64,000 nt of DNA from Candidatus Obscuribacteraceae bacterium (GCA_044229845.1 JBGASG010000004.1:320001-384000), one strand, 5' to 3'. Shown: positions 11,725 through 22,273, counted from the first letter of the stretch. The notes: generated by a model from the letters alone, not told the origin. A program made the numbers and translations.

Positions 11725-13634
11725 GCTGTCGTCTCCAGTAACAGGGCATCCACTTTTAGTTTCACTTGTTCCAAGTCGTTTTGCGTTTGAACGGCGGGCA
11801 ACTCGTTTTGTTCGAGATGTTTCAACCTTAATATTCTACTCTGCAAATCCGTAGCTTCCTCTTCCGAGGTTGCTTGTTGCAAACGAATACGGAGCTTGGG
11901 TTTTTCAATATTCAGGCGCTCCAGCAGTATCCTGGCTCGCGCTTCTTTAAGAATAACCTCCAGAGGCGGATTCTGCCTCTGTATCTCCTCGACCTTGTAG
12001 ATGATATCCACCAGGCTGCGCGATACTTCCGGGTCGGCAGCCACACGATCCATCAGCTGCAGCTGGAAGTCCTGTCCACTGACAAATTTTCCGATGCCTT
12101 CGATCTCCTCCTTAATTCGTTGATGGCCGGCATCGATAAATCTGTCTTCCTGGAGAATATCTCGCAAATGCTCGAAGTATTGCTTCGACACGAGATAGAG
12201 AGCCAGGAGTTGGCGTTCTGCCTCTATATACCCGGATTTAGGCATGTTCTGAAGTTTGGCTCGTTTGGCAAGCTCAGCCTGACGTGGGTCTGGAGCAATG
12301 CCGCTGCGCATGCGGCGTCTTTGTTCGCCAACATCGGAAACCAGGTCTTCGTCACGCACACCGAGACGCAACGCCCACGAACGAAGATATTCGCCGCGGG
12401 CAATCGAATTTTGAATCTCAGCCAAAATCGGCACAATCGCCTTGGCCGCATCAATGCGCCCAATGTGTGTGTGCAGCTCGTGTCCTGTGATTGCCCGTTC
12501 TAATCGGTAGTCAATCAGCAACGGAGCCGACTCGATTGCCTGCTTGAACGCCTCCGGACCCTCGTCCTCTGAACGCAGGCACTCATCAGGATCTTTGCTG
12601 CCCGGCACGCGAATGACCCGCAAAGAAACGCCTATGCCCTGAGCAATGCCGTTCAAGGTTTCCATGCCGCGATCGACAGCCTTTTCGCCCGCCGTATCGG
12701 AATCGAAACACAAGTAAACTCGCTTGCTCTCCGTGTAACGAATTAAGAGCTTGGCTTGCGATTCGGTGAGGGCCGTCCCCAGCGTCGCCACCGTTTCAGT
12801 AAACCCATATTGATGAGCTGTGATGGCATCGAAGTAGCCCTCAACAACGATCACTCGATCTCTCTCTTGAATCGCTTCTCGCGCCTGATCAAACGCGTAG
12901 AGCGTCTGCCCTTTGTGATAAACGGGCGTCTCCGGCGAGTTGAGATACTTCACTTGATCGTCGGCCAGCGTCCTGCCACCAAAGGCGATGACCCGTCCGC
13001 GCTCATCGACGATTGGAATAATCAGGCGGTTGCGGAAAAGATCATAGTAGCTTTGCGATTCCGGCTTGCGCCGAGCCAGACCCGCCTCCACCAGCGTGTC
13101 CGGCGCCACTTTGTTGGCTTCGGTCAAATAGCGAAGGAGCCCGTCCCAACTGCCCGGAGCGTATCCAAGCTTAAACTTTTCGATAGTATCGTCAGTGATA
13201 CCACGGCGGCGCAGGTATTCGCGTGCCACTTCGCCCTCGCGCGAATCTTTTAATAGCTTGCCGAAGTAGAGACAGGCTTGTTCGCAGAGCAGCAAAAACA
13301 GTGACCGGCGATCGTTTTCGCGCCGGTCGACTTCCGTCTCCACCAGCGCCACGCCGTATCGCTGCGCCAGCTCACGCACGGCATCGTAGAATTCCAGTCG
13401 TTTGGTTTTGCGGACGAATTGAAAAACGTCACCGCCCTCTCCGCATCCGAAGCACTTGAAGATGCCCTTGTCGGGGTTGACGTGGAAAGACGGCGTCTTT
13501 TCGGCATGAAAAGGACACAGTCCTTTGTATTCCTTTGTACCGGCTCGCTTGAGCGCCACCACATCAGAGATTACTTCCAGCAAGTTGGCTCTTGCTCGAA
13601 CATCAGCAATCACGTCCGGAGTGACGCCTTTCAA
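11721..13634 (-). CDS. dnaG: DNA primase
   Basis: CHC2 zinc finger CPFH...[24 protein letters not shown] / FDSDTAG, KDPD; probable TTG start at 13634 behind GGAGG. Confidence 0.97.
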
Positions 13635-13952
13635 GCCTGGTGTACCTCCCGGCCGAAATGCCAGAAAAAGAGGGAAAATTCCTGCGCTTTTGGCGCTTGG
13701 AAAGCGCCTTCTGCCAGCTTTCTTTTTTAGCATGTTCCAGCCTGTTGAGTGGGCATTTCAACAGGTAGTCCGACGTTAAATGCTGATTCTTGACAAGATG
13801 GTATTTATTTCTGTTGCCTTATATATACGTTTCGGGATATATTGAGCGCCACTTTCGCCAAAGCGGAACCAAGACAGGCGCCTCTTTCACTCGGCAACCG
13901 GCGCCGCTTACAATTCCGAGACTGCATCCTACGCAATGCGAGGCCTTGCCAC

Positions 13953-15368
13953 ATGAGTGTGCTTATCAAAAACGGAAGAATCGTCACAGCAGTCGATGAC
14001 TACTTTGCCGATATCTACATCGAGAAGGAAGCCGTCACCACCATCGGTCACAAGCTCGATGTGAAAGCCGACAAAGTGCTGGATGCCCAGGGGAAGCTGG
14101 TGCTGCCCGGCGGCATCGACCCACACACTCACATGGACATGCCGTTTGGCGGCACCACCTCTGCCGATGATTTCAAAACCGGCACCCTTGCCGCCGCCCA
14201 TGGTGGCACTACCACAATCATCGATTTCGCCATTCAAACCAAAGGCGACTCGATTTTGAAAGCACTCGACACCTGGCACCAGAAAGCTGACGGCAAATGC
14301 GCCATCGACTACGGCTTCCACATGATCGTCACCGATCTGTCACCCAAAGATCACGTCCCCGAAATGCGCAAGCTGATGTCGGACGAGGGCGTACTTTCGT
14401 TTAAGATGTTCATGGCATACCCGGGCGTGCTGCTTGTCGATGATGCCACCATCTTCCGCGCCATGACCGTCGCCGGTGAACACGGCGGGCTCATCTGTAT
14501 GCACGCCGAAAACGGTGTCGTCATCAATGAAATCGTGGCGCGCGCGCTTGCCGAGGGTAAGACCGCACCTAAGTATCACGCCTTGACGCGCCCGACCAAA
14601 GCCGAGGCTGAAGGCGTCTTTCGCTCCATCGCCCTGGCCGAAATGGCCGGATCGCCCGTCTATATCGTCCACCTTTCCTGCCACGATGCACTCAAGCAAG
14701 TGAAGCTGGCTCGCAATGAGGGCGTGCCGGTGTTTGCCGAAACCTGCCCGCAGTACCTCTTCCTCGACCACAGCTATTACGAAAAGCCCGGCTTCGAAGG
14801 CGCCAAGTACGTAATGACGCCGGCTCTGCGCGAGAAGTGGAATCAAGATGAGCTCTGGACCGGGTTGCGCATGAACGATCTGCAAGTAGTCTCAACCGAC
14901 CACTGCCCCTTCTGTTTCAAAGATCAAAAACAGCTGGGCGTCGATGACTTCAGCAAAATCCCCAACGGCGGTCCTGGCGTAGAAAACCGCATGAGCCTCG
15001 TTTACAACGGGGGCGTCAAAGCCGGTCGCATCTCCCTCAACCGATTTGTGGAGATTACCTCCACGTCAGCAGCCCGCATATTCGGACTCTTCCCGAAAAA
15101 AGGCACCATCGCCGTCGGCTCCGATGCCGATATCGTAATTTTTGATCCAGAAAAGAAAATGACGATATCCGCTAAGACACACCACATGAACGTCGACTAC
15201 AATTGTTATGAGGGCATGGAAGTTACCGGCGTAACCGAAACCGTCCTCAGCCGCGGAAAGGTCGTCATTGAGAACGGCCAGTACGTGGGCAAGCCCGGCG
15301 ACGGCAAGTACCTCAAGCGCAGCAATATTCAACAAGCAATTCGTCCGCTGGCATCCGCCCGCGCGTAA
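13953..15368 (+). CDS. hydA: Dihydropyrimidinase / D-hydantoinase
   Basis: PGGIDPHTH, GGTTTIIDF, HAENG, ETCPQYL, TDHCPF, IPNG. Confidence 0.93.
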   Translation: MSVLIKNGRIVTAVDDYFADIYIEKEAVTTIGHKLDVKADKVLDAQGKLVLPGGIDPHTHMDMPFGGTTSADDFKTGTLAAAHGGTTTIIDFAIQTKGDSILKALDTWHQKADGKCAIDYGFHMIVTDLSPKDHVPEMRKLMSDEGVLSFKMFMAYPGVLLVDDATIFRAMTVAGEHGGLICMHAENGVVINEIVARALAEGKTAPKYHALTRPTKAEAEGVFRSIALAEMAGSPVYIVHLSCHDALKQVKLARNEGVPVFAETCPQYLFLDHSYYEKPGFEGAKYVMTPALREKWNQDELWTGLRMNDLQVVSTDHCPFCFKDQKQLGVDDFSKIPNGGPGVENRMSLVYNGGVKAGRISLNRFVEITSTSAARIFGLFPKKGTIAVGSDADIVIFDPEKKMTISAKTHHMNVDYNCYEGMEVTGVTETVLSRGKVVIENGQYVGKPGDGKYLKRSNIQQAIRPLASARA

Positions 15369-15387
15369 ACACAGGAGACCCCTACAA

Positions 15388-16302
15388 ATGAGTCAAACCG
15401 CCGAATTCAAAAGAATGATGACGGAGGAACGGAATCCTCGCACCATGGATCTGGACGTTCTGGAAACTCAGGACCTGGTGGAGAGAATTCAGACGGAAGA
15501 TCGGGAGATCGTCAACTGTGTGCAGCAATGCATACCGCAAATCTCGAAGGCGGTCGATGTCGCGGCTGAGCGCCTGCAGCGCGAAGGGCGCATGATTTAT
15601 TTCGGCGCCGGCACCAGCGGTCGTCTGGGCGTGCTGGACGCCAACGAGTGCCCGCCCACCTTCGGCGTCGACTCACATGTTGTACAGGCTTACATCGCCG
15701 GCGGTCGCGAAGCGATGTTTCGCGCCTTTGAAAACGCCGAAGACTCAACCGAGCTGGGCACCGCCGATGCGGCAGCGGCTGAGCTTACCGAACGCGATGT
15801 CGTGGTCGGCATCAGCGCCTCCGGTCGCACACCATATGTGGTGGCAGCCATAAAAGCGGCAAAAGCCGCCGGTTGCGCCACGGTATGCATCGTCAACAAC
15901 CCCAATTCCGAGTTGGAAACCATTTCAGACATCAGCATCGTCGCCCTGGTAGGCCCGGAAGCCATCACCGGTTCGACTCGCATGAAGTCCGGCACCGCTC
16001 AGAAGATGATCCTCAACCTGCTTTCGACCTGCACGATGGTCAAACTCGGCAAGGTCTACGAAAACTTGATGATCGATTTGAAGCCCACCAATGAGAAACT
16101 GCGCGAGCGCGCGCTTTCGATCATTTGCGCGCTCTGCGAAGTGCCGCGTCACGTCGCCGAGGGTTCGCTGGTCGCTTCCAATAACCGCGCCAAAACAGCC
16201 ATCTTGATGATCAAGCGCAAACTGGGCCGCGCGCAAGCCGAGCAGTTGATCGCACGCAGCAGCAACTCGCTGCGCCGTGCTTTGACCGCCGAAATCAACT
16301 AG
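15388..16302 (+). CDS. murQ: N-acetylmuramic acid 6-phosphate etherase
   Basis: TEERNP, GAGTSGRLGVLDANECPPTFG, SASGRTPY, GPEAITGSTRMKSGTAQK; AGGAG RBS. Confidence 0.96.
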   Translation: MSQTAEFKRMMTEERNPRTMDLDVLETQDLVERIQTEDREIVNCVQQCIPQISKAVDVAAERLQREGRMIYFGAGTSGRLGVLDANECPPTFGVDSHVVQAYIAGGREAMFRAFENAEDSTELGTADAAAAELTERDVVVGISASGRTPYVVAAIKAAKAAGCATVCIVNNPNSELETISDISIVALVGPEAITGSTRMKSGTAQKMILNLLSTCTMVKLGKVYENLMIDLKPTNEKLRERALSIICALCEVPRHVAEGSLVASNNRAKTAILMIKRKLGRAQAEQLIARSSNSLRRALTAEIN

Positions 16303-16323
16303 TCAGCGACATCGCACCAAAAC

Positions 16324-16671
16324 TTACTGGGTCTTCTGGACGGGTGCTTTGTGTCCTGTTTTCGCGTGGGGCACCAGTGCCGGATGTTGCCCAGATTTGT
16401 TGTGCCGCACTGCCTGCACATGCACCGCCGCCGCCGGCTCGACGGCAGTCGTGACCCATGGCGGCGCCGGATGGCTGGTTGACTGCCAGAACGCCCAGAC
16501 AACGAAACCCACAAGCACAAGTCCAAAACCGACCAACATGGCGTTGAATTCGAAGTTTCTCCACCAGAGCTCATGGCGCTCGTTGCTTTGCAGGAAATCG
16601 AACCAATCGCCGCCTCGTTCAATCGTCTTGAGCAGGATGACCACAAGTACAATCCAACCAATCCATTCCAT
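16324..16671 (-). CDS. Small hypothetical membrane protein (2 TM)
   Basis: MEWIGWIVLVVILL and FNAMLVGFGLVLVGFVVWAFW hydrophobic helices. Confidence 0.55.
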   Translation of the reverse strand: MEWIGWIVLVVILLKTIERGGDWFDFLQSNERHELWWRNFEFNAMLVGFGLVLVGFVVWAFWQSTSHPAPPWVTTAVEPAAAVHVQAVRHNKSGQHPALVPHAKTGHKAPVQKTQ

Positions 16672-17193
16672 CGCTAGTGAACAAACCTTCGTGTGCGGGA
16701 TTTCTGCATCATACCGACAGATCGCTTGACAAGCTCCGCTTTTCAACGTGTCTTAAGCATGCGCTCCTGAATGAGGATGTGTTTCCGGTCCACTCGCGCA
16801 GCTTGGAAGGCTGCGGCAGCTCTCTCAACTTGGCAATCGGTGAGAGCGGCTGCCCATCCCCCACCGGGGCTTAGGCTCATGCGCATTCGCTAGCGCAATT
16901 TGCCCGGGCAGCAGTTTCTTCAGAATTTCTACCACATCGCAAAAGGCGAACTGCGCGCAGGCTCAGGCGTTCCAGCCATGGTGCGCGTCGCCAACTGGTG
17001 GGGTGGCTTTCGGGATAAGCAATCTCAGAGACTAATTGCCTAATCGTAGTCCACGACTTTTCCTCGACTCCCATCACTCAAACCTAACCGCGCACGCCAA
17101 CCCGGAAAAGAATTTCTTCTGCTCACGCAGAGGGTATTGGACTACGAGCGTGCGCCTGCTTTCGCGCGAACTTGCGCAGAGAGGAACCAACAC

Positions 17194-17796
17194 ATGGACA
17201 TGAATCACATGGACCACATGCATCATCATATGCATGACATGGCCTTCACCCTTCCCGAGTGGCTGCTCTACAGCCTGGGCGCCTTCTTCCTCGCCGGCAC
17301 CGTCTTCTACCTCATGCGCCTGATCAACGGTCGCAAGCTGCAGGCGGTGAACGGCTACTTCGACCCCGAGAACGAAGCGTGGCACATGATCTGCCTCGCC
17401 GGCATGGCTGCAATGCTCGCTCCCATCGCGCTGCAGCCGCCCGTTCTGATCTGGCAGATCCTCTTCCTCGTAGGCGCCGGCTGGTACGCCATCCGCGCCC
17501 GCACCTGGGGCAAGACGATCAAGTACAACAAGCAGTGGTACGACTGGGCGCACTGCGGCATGCTTTTCGGCATGTGGTGGATGTTCGCCTCGCCGATCAC
17601 CGGCACCATCCCTATGGTGCTCAACATCGCCTTCTGGACCTGGTTCTCGGGCTACTACGTCTACCAGACGTTGACTGACCTGCGCGCCAAGCCCACCTTC
17701 TGGTCGCTCGGTCAGGACATCGCGCATCTTTCGATGGGCCTCGTCATGATCGGCATGACCGCCTGGCCGCACGCCTGGATGACGATGGCGATGTAG
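17194..17796 (+). CDS. Multi-TM membrane protein with a His/Met-rich N-terminus (DUF5134-like)
   Basis: MDMNHMDHMHHHMHDM; repeated H-x-x-(M/C)-x-x-GM motifs in TM helices (WHMICLAGM, AHCGMLFGM, AHLSMGLVM); GAGGA RBS. Confidence 0.75.
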   Translation: MDMNHMDHMHHHMHDMAFTLPEWLLYSLGAFFLAGTVFYLMRLINGRKLQAVNGYFDPENEAWHMICLAGMAAMLAPIALQPPVLIWQILFLVGAGWYAIRARTWGKTIKYNKQWYDWAHCGMLFGMWWMFASPITGTIPMVLNIAFWTWFSGYYVYQTLTDLRAKPTFWSLGQDIAHLSMGLVMIGMTAWPHAWMTMAM

Positions 17797-17982
17797 TCTT
17801 CCGGATCGCAGTCAAGCGGGCCCTGAAGACAAATTTCATCACAGCGCCACTGCGGCCGGATGCGAAAATGGGCTTTCTCAGCCCGTTTCCATCCGGCGCG
17901 CAGGGCGCTGTCGTTGCCTACGAAACGCTCACCGAGGGGAATCACAGGTTCTCCATCTCCATAGACAAGGAGGACATCGAGT

Positions 17983-20331
17983 ATGACGACGGAAGGAAAA
18001 CATTCCTGCTGCGGGGGCAGTAGTGCACATTCCGCACCAGCGGCTCCCAACCCCAGCATCGCCCCCGAGACCGCCATCGACCCCGTCTGCGGCATGCGCG
18101 TGACGATCTCGGATACATCGCTTTTCTTCGATTTTCAGGATCGCCGGTATGACTTTTGCTGTCAGGGCTGCCGCACCAAATTCAGTACCAGTCCCGGCTA
18201 CTACCTGAGCGGTGCCGCTGCTGCGCGCCCCCGGCGCAAGGCAGTAAAGGCTCGCTACGAGTGCCCGATGCATCCGGATGTCGTGTCCGACAAGCCAGGC
18301 GACTGCCCGGCTTGCGGCATGCCGCTGGAGGCGTCGGTACCCACCGCCGATGACGGCAACGCGGAAGTGAAAGAACTTGCTCATCGTTTCGGCTGGTCGG
18401 CTCTGCTCTCGTTGCCGCTTCTAATCGTCAGCATGAGTGAGATGTTCGGCTTCTCGCTCTTGCCTGCTACCGGCGCCTGGCACCTGGTCAGCTGCTGGCT
18501 GCAAGCGGCGCTGGCAACGCCGGTCGTGTTCTACCTGGCGCGCCCGCTGTTCAGCAAAGCGCTGGCATCGGTGCGCAGCAACAATGCCAACATGTTCACG
18601 CTTCTGGCGCTGGGCATCGGCATTCCCTACGCCTACAGCCTGGTCTCGCTGGTCATCGCCAGCCTCTCCGGTGCTGACGGCGGCACGCACCACCACATGG
18701 TGTACTTCGAGTCGTCGGCTTTGATCGCGACGCTCGCCTGGCTTGGTCAGTATCTGGAGGCACGCGCTCGGCATCAGAGCGGCAGCGCCTTGCGGGCACT
18801 GGTCAAACTGGCACCGGACGACGCCACAGTGCTGATGCCGGACGGCTCCGAGAGCCGCGTTCCGGTCAAGCACATCGCTCCCTGGGCGCGCCTTCGCATT
18901 GCTCCCGGCGAGCGGCTCCCAGTGGACGGCATCGTCATCGACGGTCGCAGCACCGTCGATGAAAGCATGCTCACCGGCGAATCGGTTCCCGTGCTTAAGG
19001 AAACCGGTTCGCAAGTGGCGGCCGGCACCATCAACACGACGGGCAGCCTGCTCGTGCAAGCGCAGCAGGTCGGCGAAGACACGATGCTCTCGGGCATCAT
19101 CAGGCTGGTCAGCGACGCACAACGTTCGCGGGTGCCGATTCAGCAACTGGCAGACAAGGTGGCATCCATCTTCGTCCCTGCCGTCTTGCTGGTGGCCGCT
19201 ACGACAGCCATCAGCTGGCTGGCACTGGGCTTCCCCCTTGCCGACGCGTTGGCGGCAGCCACCGCAGTGCTGGTCGTTGCCTGCCCATGCGCTCTCGGGC
19301 TGGCGGTGCCGATGTCGATCATCGTCGCTTCCGGTCGGGCCGCTCGCGAGGGCGTCCTCTTCAAAGAAGCGCGCTCGCTGCAGACACTCTGCCGCGTCGA
19401 CACCCTGGTGATCGACAAAACCGGCACGCTCACGGAGGGCAAGCCTTCGGTGCAAGCGATTCAACCGGTGCCCGGAACCGACGCTGACGCCTTGCTGGCG
19501 CTGTGCGCGGCTGTCGAGCAGCAGAGCGAGCATCCGCTGGCGGCAGCCATTGCGCAAGCGGCGAAGGCGCAAGCCGTAGCCGTTTCTCACGACTGCCGTG
19601 ACTTCCAGAGCGAAACCGGGTTGGGTGCTCGCGCCACCGTCGACGGCAAGACCGTTCTGGTCGGCTCGCGCGCCTATCTGGTCAAGCACGGTATCGCGGT
19701 GCCTGCCACCGAGGATGCCACCACCACCGTCCACGTCGCCAGCCAGGGCGACTACCTCGGCTCAATCCAATGTGCCGACAAGCTGCGCGACACGAGTGCC
19801 GCGACCATCGCCGAACTGCAAGCCGCCGGCATCTCAGTAATTCTGGCCAGCGGCGACAGTGAAAGCGCCGTTGCGCTCGCCGCCACCGCCTCTGGTATCA
19901 CAACCAGCTATGGTCGCCTGTTGCCCAGCGAGAAGTCGGCTCTTGTCGAGCGGCTCCAGGCTGACGGGCACCGGGTCGCCATGACCGGCGACGGCATCAA
20001 CGACGCGCCGGCTCTGGCTCGGTCCGACGTTGGTATCGCACTGGCCTCCGGAACTGACGCCGCACTGCACACTGCCGACATCGTCCTGGTGTCCGGCGGT
20101 CTGGAGGGCATCGTCAGGGCGCGGAAACTTAGCTTTGCCTTGATGCGCAACATCAGGCAGAATCTGTTTCTCGCGTTCGCCTACAACCTCGTCGCCATCC
20201 CGGTGTGTGCGGGGGCTCTATCGCAACTGGGCATCACTGCGGTGAACCCGGTGGTGGCAGCGCTCGCCATGTGCTTCAGCTCTGTGGCGGTTGTCGCCAA
20301 CGCGCTCAGGCTGAAGGGACAGGCTGCGTAA
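17983..20331 (+). CDS. copA: Cu(I)/Ag(I)-translocating P1B-1 ATPase with YHS and CPMH heavy-metal domains
   Basis: DPVCGM...FCCQGC, YECPMHP...CPACGM, TGES, CPCALGLA, DKTGT, GDGINDAPAL, YN, M.FSS; AGGAGG RBS. Confidence 0.93.
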   Translation: MTTEGKHSCCGGSSAHSAPAAPNPSIAPETAIDPVCGMRVTISDTSLFFDFQDRRYDFCCQGCRTKFSTSPGYYLSGAAAARPRRKAVKARYECPMHPDVVSDKPGDCPACGMPLEASVPTADDGNAEVKELAHRFGWSALLSLPLLIVSMSEMFGFSLLPATGAWHLVSCWLQAALATPVVFYLARPLFSKALASVRSNNANMFTLLALGIGIPYAYSLVSLVIASLSGADGGTHHHMVYFESSALIATLAWLGQYLEARARHQSGSALRALVKLAPDDATVLMPDGSESRVPVKHIAPWARLRIAPGERLPVDGIVIDGRSTVDESMLTGESVPVLKETGSQVAAGTINTTGSLLVQAQQVGEDTMLSGIIRLVSDAQRSRVPIQQLADKVASIFVPAVLLVAATTAISWLALGFPLADALAAATAVLVVACPCALGLAVPMSIIVASGRAAREGVLFKEARSLQTLCRVDTLVIDKTGTLTEGKPSVQAIQPVPGTDADALLALCAAVEQQSEHPLAAAIAQAAKAQAVAVSHDCRDFQSETGLGARATVDGKTVLVGSRAYLVKHGIAVPATEDATTTVHVASQGDYLGSIQCADKLRDTSAATIAELQAAGISVILASGDSESAVALAATASGITTSYGRLLPSEKSALVERLQADGHRVAMTGDGINDAPALARSDVGIALASGTDAALHTADIVLVSGGLEGIVRARKLSFALMRNIRQNLFLAFAYNLVAIPVCAGALSQLGITAVNPVVAALAMCFSSVAVVANALRLKGQAA

Positions 20332-20359
20332 CCATCACTCAAATCACGGGAACACACAG

Positions 20360-20863
20360 ATGAGCGAGGAGCTTGCCATCTTACTGCCGATTGCCCTTTT
20401 GGCGCTGGTTGTCGGCGGTTATTTACTGACGGTCTTCGAGCCGTACTACGCCTTGCGCACCAGCGAAGGCGCGGAGTTGCTCGAATATCACCGCCAGGAT
20501 CCGAAGCTGCGCGCCATTGCCGCGTGGTGGGCGCAGCGCCTCGTCGACCCCGGCAGTCGCTGGCTCGACGAAAGCAATGCGTCGGTTGTGCGCGTGCGCA
20601 ACAGCGTGCTGGAAGCGCTGGTCCGCCACCGTTTCCTGACGGGCGACGATCCGTCCAAACTGCGGTACGGTGCGAAGGTTTCGCCGGTGCTGCAGCGCGC
20701 TTTTGCGGAATGCGGGCTGGTGCCTCCGGCATCCGCCGTCACACCGCGGGTCGAGATGCAGATCTCGGCGCGCGAAGTGCGGGTCATGAACGGTGAGTTG
20801 GTCTGGAGAGGCAGACCAGCTGAGTACAAGTCGCGCTTCTGCGACTTCTACCCCGAACCCTGA
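20360..20863 (+). CDS. Hypothetical protein with an N-terminal TM helix
   Basis: 167 aa ORF 28 bp after copA; hydrophobic N-terminus. Confidence 0.6.
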   Translation: MSEELAILLPIALLALVVGGYLLTVFEPYYALRTSEGAELLEYHRQDPKLRAIAAWWAQRLVDPGSRWLDESNASVVRVRNSVLEALVRHRFLTGDDPSKLRYGAKVSPVLQRAFAECGLVPPASAVTPRVEMQISAREVRVMNGELVWRGRPAEYKSRFCDFYPEP

Positions 20864-20878
20864 GCCCGTCGCCCACTC

Positions 20879-20920
20879 AAGAAGAAGCAGGGACCCCTCG
20901 CCCTGCTTCTTCTTTTTTTT
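20879..20920 (+). terminator. Intrinsic terminator between convergent operons
   Basis: 14-bp stem AAGAAGAAGCAGGG / CCCTGCTTCTTCTT followed by a T run. Confidence 0.85.
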
Positions 20921-20938
20921 GGCCCTTACCCCTTGACA

Positions 20939-22273
20939 TCATGCGTCTAAACGCGGGTACTTTGCGGTCAGTGTAAGCCCCTCGCGCTGCTTCGGCAGAA
21001 ACGGCACCGCGAGCAAGCAGGCGGCAGTGAACACGGCTGACAGCACGGCGAGTGGTTGAATCATCCCGTGCGCCAGGGAAGTGAACACGTTGGCGCCGAT
21101 AATCGCGCCCAGCTGGGACCCTATGTTGTACACCGCAATCACCAATCCAATCGTCGTCGCAGTGGCGCGCTTCGGGCAGACATCGGCAGCGTACCCATAG
21201 ATAGTCAGGATTGCCACCATGTTGGTCAGTCCGCGCGCAAATTCAAGAACACTCGCACTTAATCCGTCGTTGCACAGCAAGTAGCCGAGATTGGAAGCCA
21301 CACCGGCAAGGACGGCGATCACTGCTTGCCGCCGATGGTCCGGTTGCACCAGCGCCAGCAGCCTAAAGACGCCGGCTCCGCACAGCATTCCGAATGAATT
21401 GATTGCTGCCAGCTGCCCAATGAAACCCTGATCGAATTTGAGATGCTGCGTGAAGTAGAAGTACAGCGGGGTTCCGAAGCTCGGGCTGAGGTTCCACAGG
21501 AACGTGAACGCAGCCACTCCCTGAAATTTTCGCGATCGCACGGTGGCAAAAATCACGCGCGCGTAGTTGCGCAGGCTCTGGCGGGACGCCACCGTCGTTT
21601 CTTCAAGGCGCAGACTGAAGAGAAACACCGCGGCGGTGATCACTGAACACAAGAACGCGGCACCGCGCAACGCATCGACGGGATGGAACTTCTGGCAAAG
21701 ATAGCCGCCCAATAATCCGGATCCGATGCTGGCGGCATAATAAGCACCCGCCTGCAACGCAAACAGCTTGCGTCCCCGCGCCGGCTGACGATGGGATTCG
21801 GCGGCGACCAGGGCACACAGCACGACCGTCGATAGCGCCATTGCCGTCGAGGTGATAGTCAAGGAAATCAATGTGACTATCATGTGGTGGTGGTCTTGCG
21901 TCAGAAGTGACGCCATAGCGAGAAATCCGAGCGACGCCGTGACTGCGGCAAGCAAGAGGTACGAACGCCTGCGCGTTCCCCACAAGGGCAGGAAGTCGCT
22001 CACGATGCCGAAGACGGGTTTGACGATCCACGGAATCATCAATATCGAGAGGAACCAAGCCACCTGGGCCGCGTTGTACTCTTCGTTCTTGAGCAAGAAA
22101 TACTCAAGCGGCTGCGCGATCAGACAGAAGTGCTGCGCAACGCCCTGTCCGAAATAGGCTGCCACCAGATATAGCGGCAAATATGCCGCCGACTGAGCGC
22201 CTGCAGGCTGAGCGTCTACCGCTGAGCGACCGGCGGCTTGCGCGCTAGGAAGTTGACTTCCGTGGATTGCCAT
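20939..22273 (-). CDS. MFS transporter, BT1 (folate/biopterin) family-like
   Basis: About 12 TM; signature PWIVKPVFGIVSDFLPLWGTRRRSY; PSFGTPLYFY. Confidence 0.8.
   Translation of the reverse strand: MAIHGSQLPSAQAAGRSAVDAQPAGAQSAAYLPLYLVAAYFGQGVAQHFCLIAQPLEYFLLKNEEYNAAQVAWFLSILMIPWIVKPVFGIVSDFLPLWGTRRRSYLLLAAVTASLGFLAMASLLTQDHHHMIVTLISLTITSTAMALSTVVLCALVAAESHRQPARGRKLFALQAGAYYAASIGSGLLGGYLCQKFHPVDALRGAAFLCSVITAAVFLFSLRLEETTVASRQSLRNYARVIFATVRSRKFQGVAAFTFLWNLSPSFGTPLYFYFTQHLKFDQGFIGQLAAINSFGMLCGAGVFRLLALVQPDHRRQAVIAVLAGVASNLGYLLCNDGLSASVLEFARGLTNMVAILTIYGYAADVCPKRATATTIGLVIAVYNIGSQLGAIIGANVFTSLAHGMIQPLAVLSAVFTAACLLAVPFLPKQREGLTLTAKYPRLDA

Noticed and set aside
16750..17040. Several hairpins and short ORFs in the long intergenic region
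   Set aside because: No tRNA cloverleaf, no recognisable ncRNA consensus and no protein-like ORF; the hairpins are plausible by chance at this GC content.
17855..17924. GCCGGATGCG...CATCCGGC...GCCTACG resembles enterobacterial REP sequences
   Set aside because: Single copy, spacing does not fit the REP consensus, and no RAYT transposase is present.
18421..19734. Long antisense or alternative-frame ORFs (also 22855-24105, 27422-28711, 29746-30846, 33504-34472, 51446-52447, 53239-54174)
   Set aside because: Shadow ORFs overlapping better-supported genes, expected from GC3-biased codon usage; no motifs.
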